Source: Octopus bimaculoides (Eukaryota). Taken from it: DNA of 64,000 nt. The position numbers were made by a program, and so were the translations under genes. The notes beneath the pieces are model-generated. The model searched no databases. It saw nothing but the letters and a program-made list of their open reading frames with translations, and was not told the origin of the DNA. The stretch is from NCBI RefSeq assembly GCF_001194135.2, contig NC_068985.1, positions 122,539,007 to 122,603,006 on the forward strand. The letters are read 5' to 3'. How positions within the stretch are numbered: the first letter of the stretch is position 1; each line of letters begins with the position of its first letter. This document shows positions 26,801 through 40,000 of the stretch, piece after piece.

Positions 26801-29096
26801 TATATCTGTTAAAATATATATAAAAAAATAATGTTAACCAATTCAATGTAACATGAGACAATGAGGTAGCTCAATACTGCTCAACCTGCTGGGAACAGCA
26901 GCCAACACCTCCCTCCATCCACAGTCTAATCCTAAAAGGGATTACACATTCAATAATGTAATCTTAGATGTATTACTTTGGAAAAGATAAAAAAAAAAAG
27001 AGTGGTTGTTCACAACTGGTACAACTCTGACAATAGACCTGTGCAATTAGTGAACTGAGATTAAACGATAAAATATTGAATCAATCAGAAACACATTTCT
27101 TAGACTATTGCAGTATAAGATAATTACCTTTCTTTCAAACATTGCATCAACAACATTCAGTAATCTTTCCTGCAATGAAAAAAAGATATCTAATTACACA
27201 TGATCTCTCTAATATAAACAGCATTTACATAAATGAGTGTCACAGAACGAAAACGAGAAAAACAATTAACATCACGGTAGGTGATGAGCTACCATTTAGA
27301 AGATTAGAAGACTTTGTCAATACATAGTGTACTTTGAAAAAGTGACTCTGGTAAAGACCATATCCCACCATGCTTCATGTTCATGGCAGAATTTGAACAC
27401 AATGATGCAAGCTAAAAACCAGTCATCAATTACAGAATGTGGTAGTTTGCTAACTCAAGGAACCTATTCACAGATTTCTTTAAAAAAATGTTTATTGCTT
27501 AGTAAAGAGAAAAGGGAAATGTCCATAAACTTTTACAGAGCCTCTAAAAATGATGAGAAAAGGAAGAAAGAGGTCCTAAAATTAGAGGCCTGGTTTGAAT
27601 GCTTTACTACAGAATGAACCTTATTAATGGACCAAGTAGTGAGTTAAACTAGATGATGAATTAAGTTTATCACTTAAACAGGTCATGCAGAGTACACTAG
27701 TATAATTAATAACTTTGTGCTGTAAATGGAAGGGAAGCATGAACAGAGATGAATCTGCAACACAGTTTTGATTCCTTGTTATGGTTATTTCATGTGTATT
27801 GTTAAAGCTCTTCAGAAAGGTATGAATATTGCAGCATACAATTTCCTTTATAGTTTTGATGTCTCATACTTCCGTAAAAAATCAGCAAGTGGTGTGTATG
27901 TAGCTAAGAGCTTAAACACACACACACACACATATAAGCCAAGAGCAGGAATAAATACTGTACAACATCCTGTTCGATGCTCTAATGATTCCACTACTCC
28001 ACCACTATCTTAGACACATTTTACCAGCTCCAGAAAGACAAAAGGCAGAGTTGGTTTCAGTGGGATTTCAATTCAAAATGCAAGGTGCTGGAATGAATAC
28101 TATTGGGAATTTTGTCCAACACTCTAATGCTCTTGCTAATTCATCAACTAACTTGGTTCCAATTTAGAGTGTTGTCGCTGCTTGGCTCCCAATCAGTTCT
28201 ATGATCAAACTAACTACAGCTATGATCACCTTAGTCATTTATAAGTCTACCTCATCCAATGTGTTTCATTTTTTTAAAGATGGTACGGATTTTAGGAACA
28301 TTTGGTTACTATTTCTAGCATGTAAAGCAACCATATTCCCACTGTTGTTTGTTTGCCTAATAACGATGCTGTTAAATAAATGTAACAGTACCATTATATA
28401 AAGGCTATTATCATTACATTGTGAGTGAGTGAGTGAGTGAGTGAGTGAGTGAGTGAGTGAGTGAGTGAGTGAGTGAGTGAGTGAGTGAGTGAGTGAGTGA
28501 GTGAGTGAGTGAGTGAGTGAGNNNNNNNNNNNNNNNNNNNNNNNNNNNNNNNNNGAGTGAGTGAGTGAGTGAGTGAGTGAGTGAGTGAGTGAGTGAGTGA
28601 GTGAGTGAGTGAGTGAGTGAGTGAGTGAGTGAGTGAGTGAGTGAGTGAGTGAGTGAGTGAGTGTTCTCTTGATTCAGACTACAGTCCAACTAAAAACGTA
28701 AGTGGAAGTAGTAATACAGTACAAATATACTGACCAACACAAGTTCCATTTTTAAATTTTCAATGTGATGTCACATTTTAAGCAAAGGAATGATTGCCTT
28801 AGAATAAAAAGTCCACTCTCCCCAAATCTTTCTTTTAATATTTTTTGAGAAAGTAGACCATTAAAATATTTCAACATCTCTACCAAGATTTGGGTTAGGG
28901 TTAGGGGATATTGTTTTGTTCTTTCTTAGAACATCCCAGTTAATTAATAGTTCAAGAGCTCAGAGGCGCTGATATATTTAGAAAAACAAAATTCAACTTA
29001 CTTCATTGATAACCATTCTTTTATTGGAAAAATTACAATAAAACAAATAGAATATTGCATCACCGCTTAAAAGTGAACAGTGCAGTGGTTTCTCCA

Positions 29097-29127
<31 letters not shown>

Positions 29128-32100
29128 GAAAAAATACACCAATTCTGGTTTCAAATTTCAAGTTTCCTGAATGTTCTTCAAAATAATGCTTCCAGGACTA
29201 GAGTTATTATTATTATTAATTGAATGAAACAAAATAGAACATTAAAGGATAAAATGAAATAAATTAGAAAAATGCTGTTTGTGCATTCAAGAACATTTTG
29301 ATTTTAAGTTTGCTGTATTGTCTTTATAACATGTTTAGCAGTCAGCTGTTAATTTTCCCAGGTTCAGGCATCTATAACAAAGTATTGACATTGTTTTTCA
29401 TTTATAAATATAAAATTCTTATATTTTTGCTTTTGAAAAAGGAAAATAAGAAAAAGAATAAGAAGAAAATAGAGGTAGAATCTGTATTTTAGATTTGAAA
29501 GATAGAAGAAAAAGATTTTTTTCAATTACTTACTGGCTCCAAATTTCTAAACAGCAAAATATTCTTTGTTGCCTCATTCAATCGTTTCCTTTGTTCATCA
29601 TTTTTAGGATGTATTACCTGAACAGTGAATAGCAAAAATCCCAACTCATTATAAGCTATACAAGTACAAACACCTTCATACAAAAATACATTCTTGAACA
29701 TATAATAAATAATTTTCTAAACAATATGTTATCTCTGTACAGTATTAAGAAATCTTGGGTTTATAAAAGGATATTTCTGAGATTTTTCTTTATGATTCTT
29801 TCTTTTAAAGCTAGAAGGAGGTTATAGTTAGTATATTCTATATATTTCAAACAATAATTTAGTCCCACCCCTGTCATGGTTGCTGACTGATTCAGAGTAA
29901 AGATTCAATAAACATTGAAACAGTTTGAAAGAAAACAACTTGAAGATGTCCATCAGGCAAGAAAAATCTGTTGATGCTTTTGAAGTATTATGACTACATT
30001 TTTAAGTCCATATGCATTTTCAATTTTATTGTTAGCTTATCAATGGTGGTTGTTAATCTGGAAGAATAAATTTTATGTGGTTGAATAGAAGGTGCCATAA
30101 GAAAGCACTCATGTTATTTGTAGGAGAAACCTTAAATCTAGACAAAGCTGTTTAGCAGTATGGGTGCTTTTCATGTGTCAGCAACCTGGGTACTTTTTAC
30201 TTGGTACTGGCACAGGCACTTATTGTGTGGCACCAACACGGATGCTTTTTTCTTGGCACCAAAATGGGTGTTTTTATATAGCACCCCTGCAAGTTTGCAA
30301 GACAAGGACCTCTCAGCTAAGAGAGAGAGAGAGTGGAACCAAGAGATTAGAGTATGACAGAGGTAGCCCTCTTATTACTGAGGTCATACTTGGCTCTTAT
30401 GTATCCATAGCTTGCATTAGGTACACTGTTTGGAATTTCTACCAACATCTTTCTTATTGAGAATTAAGTAGGGCCATCTCCCTGAAGAGATTTGTGATTT
30501 GTCTGTTTTCCTACTTGCTAGGATTTTTGGTCTTTGTTAAATTAACTCTAAGGCCCTTAGATTCCAGACCTTGCTTCCACATCTGCAATTTCTCTTCTTG
30601 TGTGGAAGCATGACTGTGTTGTTAAAAGGTTTGCTTAGCAACCACATGGTTTTGGGTTCCATCCCACTGCACGGCACCTTTAATAAATATCTTTTATTTT
30701 AGTCTTGGGATAACCAATACCTTGCGAGTGAAATTTGTTTGATAAAAACTGTGTGAAGGCTTTCACATATTCATATATGTCTCTCCAACTCATTCTGCAT
30801 GAAAAAACGGACATGTTTTTTTCACACAGAATGGGTTAGACAGACACTTTAAATATATAGATGTGTGTTTCTCTCCACATAGCTTCACATTGACACTGCT
30901 GCTTAGGTAGTGGAGACATTTGTTTATATCCTGTAGCATTGTGGCTTGACACACAAAAACCAGTGGAATAAAACACCTTACTTAAAAGTAAATAAGAATT
31001 GGCACAAGAAAGGGGCATCTGAACAAAGGATATTGCCAGAAAATGCTTGTTCAAGTCCAACCAGCATCAAAATGCAGAAATAGAAATGCAATGAAACAAG
31101 TTGAATATTAATGAATAAACTAGATGTGAAACACATGCATATATCTATATTGAATATAATTTTAGAATATGTCCTCCCAGATGTTTTGTTTCATGCTGTT
31201 CATGACTGGTATAGAGCATTTTGAAAATATAAAATATACAACTATACAATCTTAAAACATCAAAGAGTTTGAAAAATTATCTTTACTACAAACACTTTTA
31301 CTTGTTTCAGTCATTTGACTGTGGCCATGTGGGAGCACCGTCTTTAGTCGAGCAAATCGACCCCAGGACTTATTCTTTGTAAGCCTAGTACTTATTCTAT
31401 CGGTCTCTTTTGCTGAACCGCTAAGTTATGGGGACGTAAACACACCAGCATCGGTTGTCAAGCGATGTTGGGGGGGGGGGGCAAACACAGACACACAAAC
31501 ATACACACACACACATATATACATATATACGACAGGCTTCTTTCAGTTTCTGTCTACCAAATCCACTCACAAGGCTTTGGTCGGCCTGAGGCTATAGTAG
31601 AAGACACTTGCCCAAAGTGCCATGCAGTGGGACTGAACCCGGAACCATGTGGTAGGTAAGCAAGCTACTTACCACACAGCCACTCCTGCACACCATTTAT
31701 GTACCCTACCACCCACCAGGCTCTGCACTAATCAATATACTGAGTTCTTCTTTCCTAGAATGTTGGCCCTTTAGAACTCCCTCTCAACTATTTCTTTACT
31801 GCAGATATCTACTTGTAGTAGATCAAGCAGATTGTTAATGGTATCAATCTCACCATTCTCAGATGACCTGCAAAAGCCATGGACAATATACCTATTTCTG
31901 GAAAAAAAAAAAAAAAGAAATTACCTAACACTCTCCTTCCATCCCACGTTCTCCAAATCCATACAAAATTCTGCTAAATTACAGTTATGGCCAAAAAAAG
32001 AAATTCAGTTACCATTATGTTTTTATATGTTTAATCTATCTTAGTATTCTACTGTCAATCTAGTGTCTGAAAATTCAGCTAAAGGAATGAAATATTGAAA

Positions 32101-35100
32101 AAGTTACATTTCAGATGTTAAGAACTAGTATAAAAATAAACAGAAAAGTAAAAAGTGGGAGTATTTTCCTAAAGCGGTATTAGTAGAGAACTTAATCTAA
32201 AACTGATTTTGATAAAAAAACTAAATGCCTTGGGCTGTGGTTGACTTTACAATTTCTGGATGGTTAGTCAAGTACATGAACTTCTTGGTCAAGTAGTTAA
32301 TGTTTGATAGAAGAAATAATGGAAGTTGAGATAGATATTATAACAGTGGTTCTTCATAAAATGTCAAAAAACGGAAGGAGTTGGTGACCTTTGCTAGAAA
32401 GATTCTGCCTTCAACTGAAGCTTGTAATAGTCATGTAAAGAAGTCTCCCACACTGAACAAGTGTTGAATTACTTACAGTCAAATAATTACTATTTTAGTT
32501 TAGTCCTAAATCTTCAGTCATGATCAAAGGCATTCTTCTTGTAACTGTCGCATCTTTTGTGTGTTTGGCCTGGTGGTTACAGTGTTGGGCTCATGATCAT
32601 AAAGTTGTGGGTTTGATTCCTAGATTTGGTAATGCATTATATCATGGAGCAAGGTACTCCCCCATTTCAAGTTTCACAGTAATGACAATGATGTAGCCTT
32701 GGCTTCAATCCCAACAATGCATAGCACCTTGGACAAGTGTCTTATGCCACAACCTCACCTTACAAGTAAAATATGGTAGATGGAAACTGTGGGACATTTT
32801 AGTGGGACTGTTCACTTCTTGGGTGGTTCATATATAATCAGTTGCTCTGTTAAACACCACCACCTGGCTTTTGGCTGCTTTGATGAAGTCCATGGCTGAA
32901 AGCATTCAGGCCAGATCTCTGCCAGAGGATAACTTCTTCCCTTCCAGTCTCCTACCTGTCTTGGAGGTGCTGAAAAGGGCTAATGGGCACTGACCTTCCT
33001 CTTCTAAGCAATTTAAAGCAACATCAGCAAGCATAAACTGTTGTAGTAAATATATATCTAATATAAAAGACAATTGAAAAAGTTGGACTCAAACACTATG
33101 TCTGCTATAAACCATATATCTGCTTTAATGTCTACACCAAAGTGACATTACAACTTTGACCAACCAAATTAAAAGACTTAAAGTAAGTAACTATGACAAC
33201 ATATGTCAGAGGAATTCAACAAGGATTTCAGTTCACACTATATCAAAGTATGGTATTACATATATCTAATTTAGAAAATAAAAAAAAATTTGTAAAGTTG
33301 TCTGAGGACCTCAAATCTCACATCTGCTGGGCTAACCATCACATTGAAAGAAACATCACAACATTGACTGTTCAGATTAAAAGACTTATTAAATATATGT
33401 AATTAATTTTTAATTGTAATTTTGTAGCTTTCTTACTTTTACTTCTTCCTCCCCTTGATCTTGTTCTGGATCATAAGCTTCAGCACAAACTGAAAGAACA
33501 GACAAATAAATAAATCAGCCAATCAATAAATAAAAGTGTGTATGTGTGTGTGTGATTTATAACAAACAGGAACAAACAAGTGAAAAAAACAAACTCAAAG
33601 GAAGCTCAATTTTCTCACCACTCCCACTTTTTGTTTACTATATTAATTTGAATAATTGTTTCTAATTTAGGCACAAAGCCAGCAATTTTGAGGTAGGTGC
33701 TTAGCTAATATATCAACTCCAGTACTTGACTGATACTTTATTTTAGTGAATATTGGAAAATAAACGGCAAATTTGGTCATAGCAGCATTTGGACTCAGAA
33801 TGTAAAGAATCCACAAATACCTGAAAGTATTTTGTTTTACACACTTTCCATTTCAAATATGTGACCCTTATTTTTGTACTGAAAAGTCAGTAATATATTT
33901 TATCTCCTTATCTTTTGTTTTATACTTGAGTATAACACTACCCACTCCCTAGTTTCACTTCAGATGCTTTGCATTAGATTTCTTACATATTACACAAGTA
34001 AATGCAATATATTGATGGAAAACAATATTGATCAGGAAGAAGCATATAAATCAATGGCTTCTCTCACTGTGATGTGTTTTTGCTGTTAATATTTAAAAAA
34101 TTTGTGCTAGTGTTTTGCTTTGTTCTTCAACCCAAGGTCATTAACCTTGATTGAACAAACCTATGATAAAAAACATCCTGGTAATGGCATTCTTTTAGTT
34201 TTCATGGTAATGGTAGTGGTGTGTATGCGTGTGTGAGGGTGTGTGTAATTCTAGGATTACTCTGTAGATTTGAAAAATTTGGCAAAAACGATAAGATAGA
34301 CTGGCAATGTTTTTTATACTGCTGTAACATACCAGTAACACACTCAGATAGTTCTGATAAACCATAGACCATTGGTTTACAAAAAATTGAGAAAACCCAC
34401 CCACCACAACAGAATTGATATCTCAAAACCAAAGTGCCACATAAAATGCATTGGTGTAGATGGTGCTGGTGCCACACAAAAAGTACTGGTGATGGTGTCA
34501 TGTAAAAAGTACCCACCACACTCTGTAAAGTGGTTGGCATTAGGAAGGGCACCCAGCTGTAGAAACCAAGTTAAAACAAGCAATAGAACCTGGTACGACC
34601 CCCATTCTTGCCAGTTCCTGTCAAACTGTCCAACCCATGGCAGCACAGAAAATAGGCATTAAATGTTGATGATGGTGATGGTGATTATGAGCCTTGAGCA
34701 CTGTCAAAAGAAATGAATAATTAATGAAGTTTGCAGTAGTCTTAATCACGTAAAATCTTGTTTAAAAGAAGAAAAATGTTGAAATAATTGTTCAAACATC
34801 AAAAAATAAAACATAACTAAAACATAAAATAACTTTCCACAGAATTGTCAGAGCAATGGAAAAAATGCCTTGCAGTATTTGTTGTGAGTTATCATTCCCA
34901 ATTGAAATCCTGCCAAAGTCAACTTGGCTTTTCATCTTATCAGGGTCAATAAATTATGTTCTAGTCATGTACTGGGGTGAATTTAATCAACCTCTTCTCC
35001 AAATTTCAGGCCTTGTCCCTATATTAGAAGCAATTATTATAATGGAGAAATATTCAGCAGAGAAGTCGTAATGTAGTGTAATATATTTTGTCCTTCCATG

Positions 35101-37014
35101 TTTGGAGTTCAAATCCTCCAAGAATTGACTTTGTTTTCCTGCTCTTGAAAGTCAGTAAGAGAATATAATTTTAGGTATTTAATAAGATGACATAACTGTA
35201 GATAATAAAATTGTGATAGATCTTCCTTTTTTGGTTTCAACATTGAAGTCAATCAACTGTATGCTCAACTTTTTAAATTAACATGTAAGTAACTGTCTAT
35301 TTTACAGACATGTACTTTTTATGTAATTCCTCAACTGAAATCAGTGTGACACAACATATGACAATATTTGATCATTAAATGAAGGCAGCAGGCTGGCAGA
35401 ATCGTTAGCATGCCGGGTGGAAGCTTAGCAGTATTTTGTCTGTCTTTACGTTCTGAATTCAAATTCCGCCAAGGTTGATTTTGCCTTTCATCCTTTCAGG
35501 GTCGATAAATTAAGTACCAGTTGCATACTGGGGCCGATCTAATTGACTGGTGCCCCCTCCCCCAAAAATTTCGGGCCTTGTGCCTACAGTAGGAAAGAAT
35601 ATTTAATCATTAAGTTATAAATATACTCCATCTGATATGTTTCCACTCACAAGGATTCAGCCCAAGGCTATGGTAAAAACAGCTGTCTAGGGAGGGTGAA
35701 CCTGGGACCTCACGGTTGTGAAACTAGCTTCTTAACCACTTAACCATGTCTTCTATATAATACTGGTGGTGTTGTGGCTATGTTAAGAAATCATTATTGA
35801 TTCTTTGTATAGGTAAAGTCTCCAATTTAAATGAGGGTAAAGTTGTTTATATTGATTCCTGTATTTGACTATTACTTATTTTATTAATCCCACCCCTACA
35901 AGGAGGAAAGGCAAAATTGAACTCTCATTTTATCAGCTTCAATTAATATGGTAAATATAATCAACTATACACCAAGTTGAGATATAAATATTGCAAATGG
36001 AAATATGTTTTAAAGACCCAGTGAGGTGGGTATGATGCATTGGTCAAGTATATAAGATGGTAGCCATGAGCTTGAAGAGTTGTGAGAGCATAGAAAAGAT
36101 GCCTTGTGATATTTGTTCTGCCTCTCAGCATTGTGTGTTCAAATCTCATTAAGGTCAAAGTTGCCTTTCATCCCTCCTGAGTCAATAAATAAAGTTCCAA
36201 TTTTGGGTGGTAGACTAGCAGAATTGTTAGAGCATTAGATAAGATGTCTTCTTCTTCACTGAAATATAGATATACTGGCTGACCCCTTGCTGTCAAAAAT
36301 GACAGCTAATTGTAGTATATTATATATAAAAAGGGTATGAAAAGGTGAAAAAAATCAAACAATGTTTCAACTCTGTGTGAGTATGTGTGTGTGTTTTTGT
36401 GCATGTGCATGCATGTGTGTATATGTATACATTTATATGTAGGAGTAGCACAATCTGTAGCAAATGCAGTTTTCTATACTTTGTCACAGCCCACTTCCTT
36501 CCTTTTTAAGTGTGTCTGTTTATATATATATGTATAAATGCATGTGTGTTTGTAATTCTATTTTCTATGTATCTTTCTAAATAAACATACACAAACACAT
36601 ATACACTCACTCAAATATATAAATATATTTTACACAAACACACACATACACTCATACACAAACAAACATTCACATTCCTCACTTTTACACACACAGACAC
36701 AGATACTCACAGAGTTGAAGTGCTGTTTGATTTTTGTTTCACCGTTAACTTTTCACCATCCCACTTCCATCGGTGGATCACCCCTTGCTTTCTCATTCAT
36801 ATGTTGTGACGGAGAAATACACAAGACTATTATTATAGTAGATTATTATAGTAGAAGATACATGATGCTCTCTTCACCACTTCCTCTCTCTCGTTGCTAT
36901 TACTTTCTCTCACTCCCTCTCAGTCATGGCTATTACTCTCACTACTTCTCCTTCACTGAATTACTATTTTCCCTCCCCTCCCTTCACCATTCACTCCTAC
37001 TGTGTGATTTTGTG

Positions 37015-37060
<46 letters not shown>

Positions 37061-40000
37061 AATATATATAAACACTACGCTCATTATTATATTAGAAGAT
37101 ATTTATATTCGGGAAAGAAATATGTCAAAGGTAAAGCAATGTTTAAATAAAAGAAACACTTAACAGAACAAAATACATATCAATTTTTACCTTGTTCTTT
37201 TTTTTTTTCAGTTCTATATACAATATTGTATACAACATTCTCCAAATAAGAAATTTTGATAATCTAACGATGTCTGTGTAGGATACATTTTTCTTGAATT
37301 TAGCAGTTAACAGAATTTGAATGTCTGTGACATCCTCTTGATTTAGCAAATTGACTGTGATCAGTAGAAATCTTTAAATGTGGTGAATCTCCAACTTATA
37401 ACACGAGAACAATGTAGTAGGGAAATAAATGCTATATTTTGTTAAGCTTTTCTCTTGAATATTTTTGTTTATTGATAGCGAATGCATGTCTGACAGGGAA
37501 TTAATGCTGTCTTAAAGAGAAGGGAACATCTGCATTGGATGGTTGCAGGCTGATATATCCTGCATCAATAACAATAGTCTTTTTTTCTTTTTACTACAGA
37601 CATAAGGCCTGAAATTTGAGGGGCTGGGATTAGTCAGTTACATCAACCCCAATGCTCAACTAGCCCTTACTTTATCAACCCCAAATTAAAAGATTTAATC
37701 GAGAGAGAGAGAGAGAGAGAGAGAAATAGAAAGAAAGAGAAAAAGAAAATTTAAAAAGGCTGAAAGAGGGAGAGACAAAGAAAGAGAAAGAAAATGGAGA
37801 AAAGAGGGAAAGAGCAGGAAAAAGGAAAGAGAAATAGACAGACTGATAACCATAGATGGCTAGTTATACACAAGGGTTGGTCAAAATAATGGAAACACCT
37901 TAAAATTTCAAACAAATTTATTTTAATATGGGGTAGGACCGCCTTTTACAGTAATTACAGCTTGAATTCTACGAGGTATGGACTCGTACAAAGTTTGAAC
38001 TGTTTCCAAAGGAATTTTTGTCCATTCTTCAGCTAAAACTATCTCCCATACTTGTAGTGATGATGGTGGAGGATATCGCCTCCTTACTTGTTTTTCTAAA
38101 ATGCACCATAAATGTTCAATAATATTGAGATCTGGGAACTGTGGTGGCCAGATAAGATGTTCAACTTCACTAGAATGTTCCTCGTGCCATTTGGTAACAA
38201 TTTTAGCAGTGTGAATTGATGCATTATCATCCTGAAAGATTGCGTTTCCCTCCAGAAACAGTTTCGCAACTACCGGATGAATTTGATCAGATAAAATGCT
38301 TAAATAGTCTTGACTATTAATTCTGCCATGAAGAGAAACCATTGGGCCGGTGGATTTCCAAGATATAGCCCCCCAGATCATCACAGATCCTCCTCCATGT
38401 TTAACAGCTGGAAGAAGGCAGTCTAGGTCAAATGCTTCTTTTGGCTGTCTCCACACACATACTTGGCTGGTGATTGGAAATAAGGTAAAGGATGACTCGT
38501 GCAAGAAAATAACATTCTTCCACTGCTTTAGGGACCCCTGCAGATAAATCAATAGCTAACTACCTTGCTATATACACAAATAACATTCCTTATTTTTTTA
38601 AACTTGTATATCTTTTACTTGTTTCAGTCATTGAACTTCAGCTGTGCCAGAAGACTATCTTGAAGTGTTTATTTGAACAAATTGACCCTAGTACTTATTT
38701 TCTAAAAGCTCAGTACTTATTTGCTCAATCTCTTCTGCCAAACTGCTGAGTTATGGGGATGAAAACAAACAAGTAGTGGTGTAGAACAAAGACACAAACT
38801 TTTATATATATATATATATACACACACACGAGGGGTGTCTGAAAAGTTTTGAGCCTAACCTAGAATCGGGGCTGCTATATAGTTGAAACAATTTTTTCTG
38901 GTAACTACAGTCTTTTCGGAGTAGTCTTGCTCATTTTCATGATTCTGATATTTAAAATTTTTTTTGTTGCAGATTTTTGAATAAACAAGCTTCGAATTTA
39001 CAAGGAAAATGGAGAAAGCTGAGTATCATGCTGTCATAAAGTACCTTCATTTGAAAGGCATGACTCCATCAGAAATCCATGAAGATATGGCGAGAACCTT
39101 AACAGACAATGCTCCTTCATATGCAACAGTCAAAGGCTGGGTAAATGAATTCAAGCGTAGCAGGGAGAGTGTGGAAGATGATCCAAGATCAGGGATACCT
39201 CCAACTGCAACCACCAAGGACAACCTTGACCTTGCATGATCGCTGAATATCATGTCGTCAGATAGCCGAGAGACTGGGCATCTCAACTGAAAGAGCAGAC
39301 AATATTGTGACAAAAGAACTTGGGTTCTCAAAGGTTTTTGCAAGGAGGGTCCCTCGCCTTTTGAATCCTGAACAGAAACGTACCAGGTGCACTTTGTCCA
39401 CGAGCAATCTGGAACTGTTTGAAGCTGATGAAGAGAATTTTCTTGCTTGTTTCATTACTATGGACGAAAGTTGGGTCCATCACTACCAGCCTGAAACCAA
39501 AGAACAATCAAAGCAGTGGAAGCACACATCTTCTCCTACCCCAAAGTAGGCCAGGGTCATTCCTTCAGCTAGCAAGGTCATGGGGTCTGTATTTTTGGAT
39601 TCTGAAGGTGTCTTGCTGATCGGTTACCTTGAAAAGGGTCACACTGTGATAGGGCTGTATTATTCTTAGCTACTGAAACGCCTCTGAGAACCAATCAAAG
39701 AAAAAAGGCCGAGAGTGCTCACCAGAGGAGTCCTTTTTCATCACGACAATGCTCCAGCCCACACCTCAGTGGTTGCCATGGCAACAATTCGTGATTGTGG
39801 ATACGAACTTGTTCCCCATCCGCCTTATTCACCAGACTTAGCCCCCTCTGACTTTCATCTATTTCCAAAAATGAAAAATGCCCTGGCTGGTCGCCAACTT
39901 GCCAATGACAATGACATCATAGACGCTGTAGGAAGTTTCTTGGAGGCCCAAACAAAAGAGTTCTTCTACGCCGGAATAATGGTGCTTCAGCACTGCTGGA

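Noticed and set aside
27327-27617. 96-aa plus-strand ORF in an intron
   Set aside because: No recognisable motif; possibly decayed transposon sequence, which I cannot support further.
29811-29831. LEGGYS after an AG acceptor (HDAC-like motif)
   Set aside because: Immediately followed by a stop; no other HDAC exons.
31600-31690. tRNA-like A/B boxes in SINE heads
   Set aside because: No cloverleaf with acceptor stem; these are SINE promoters, not tRNA genes.
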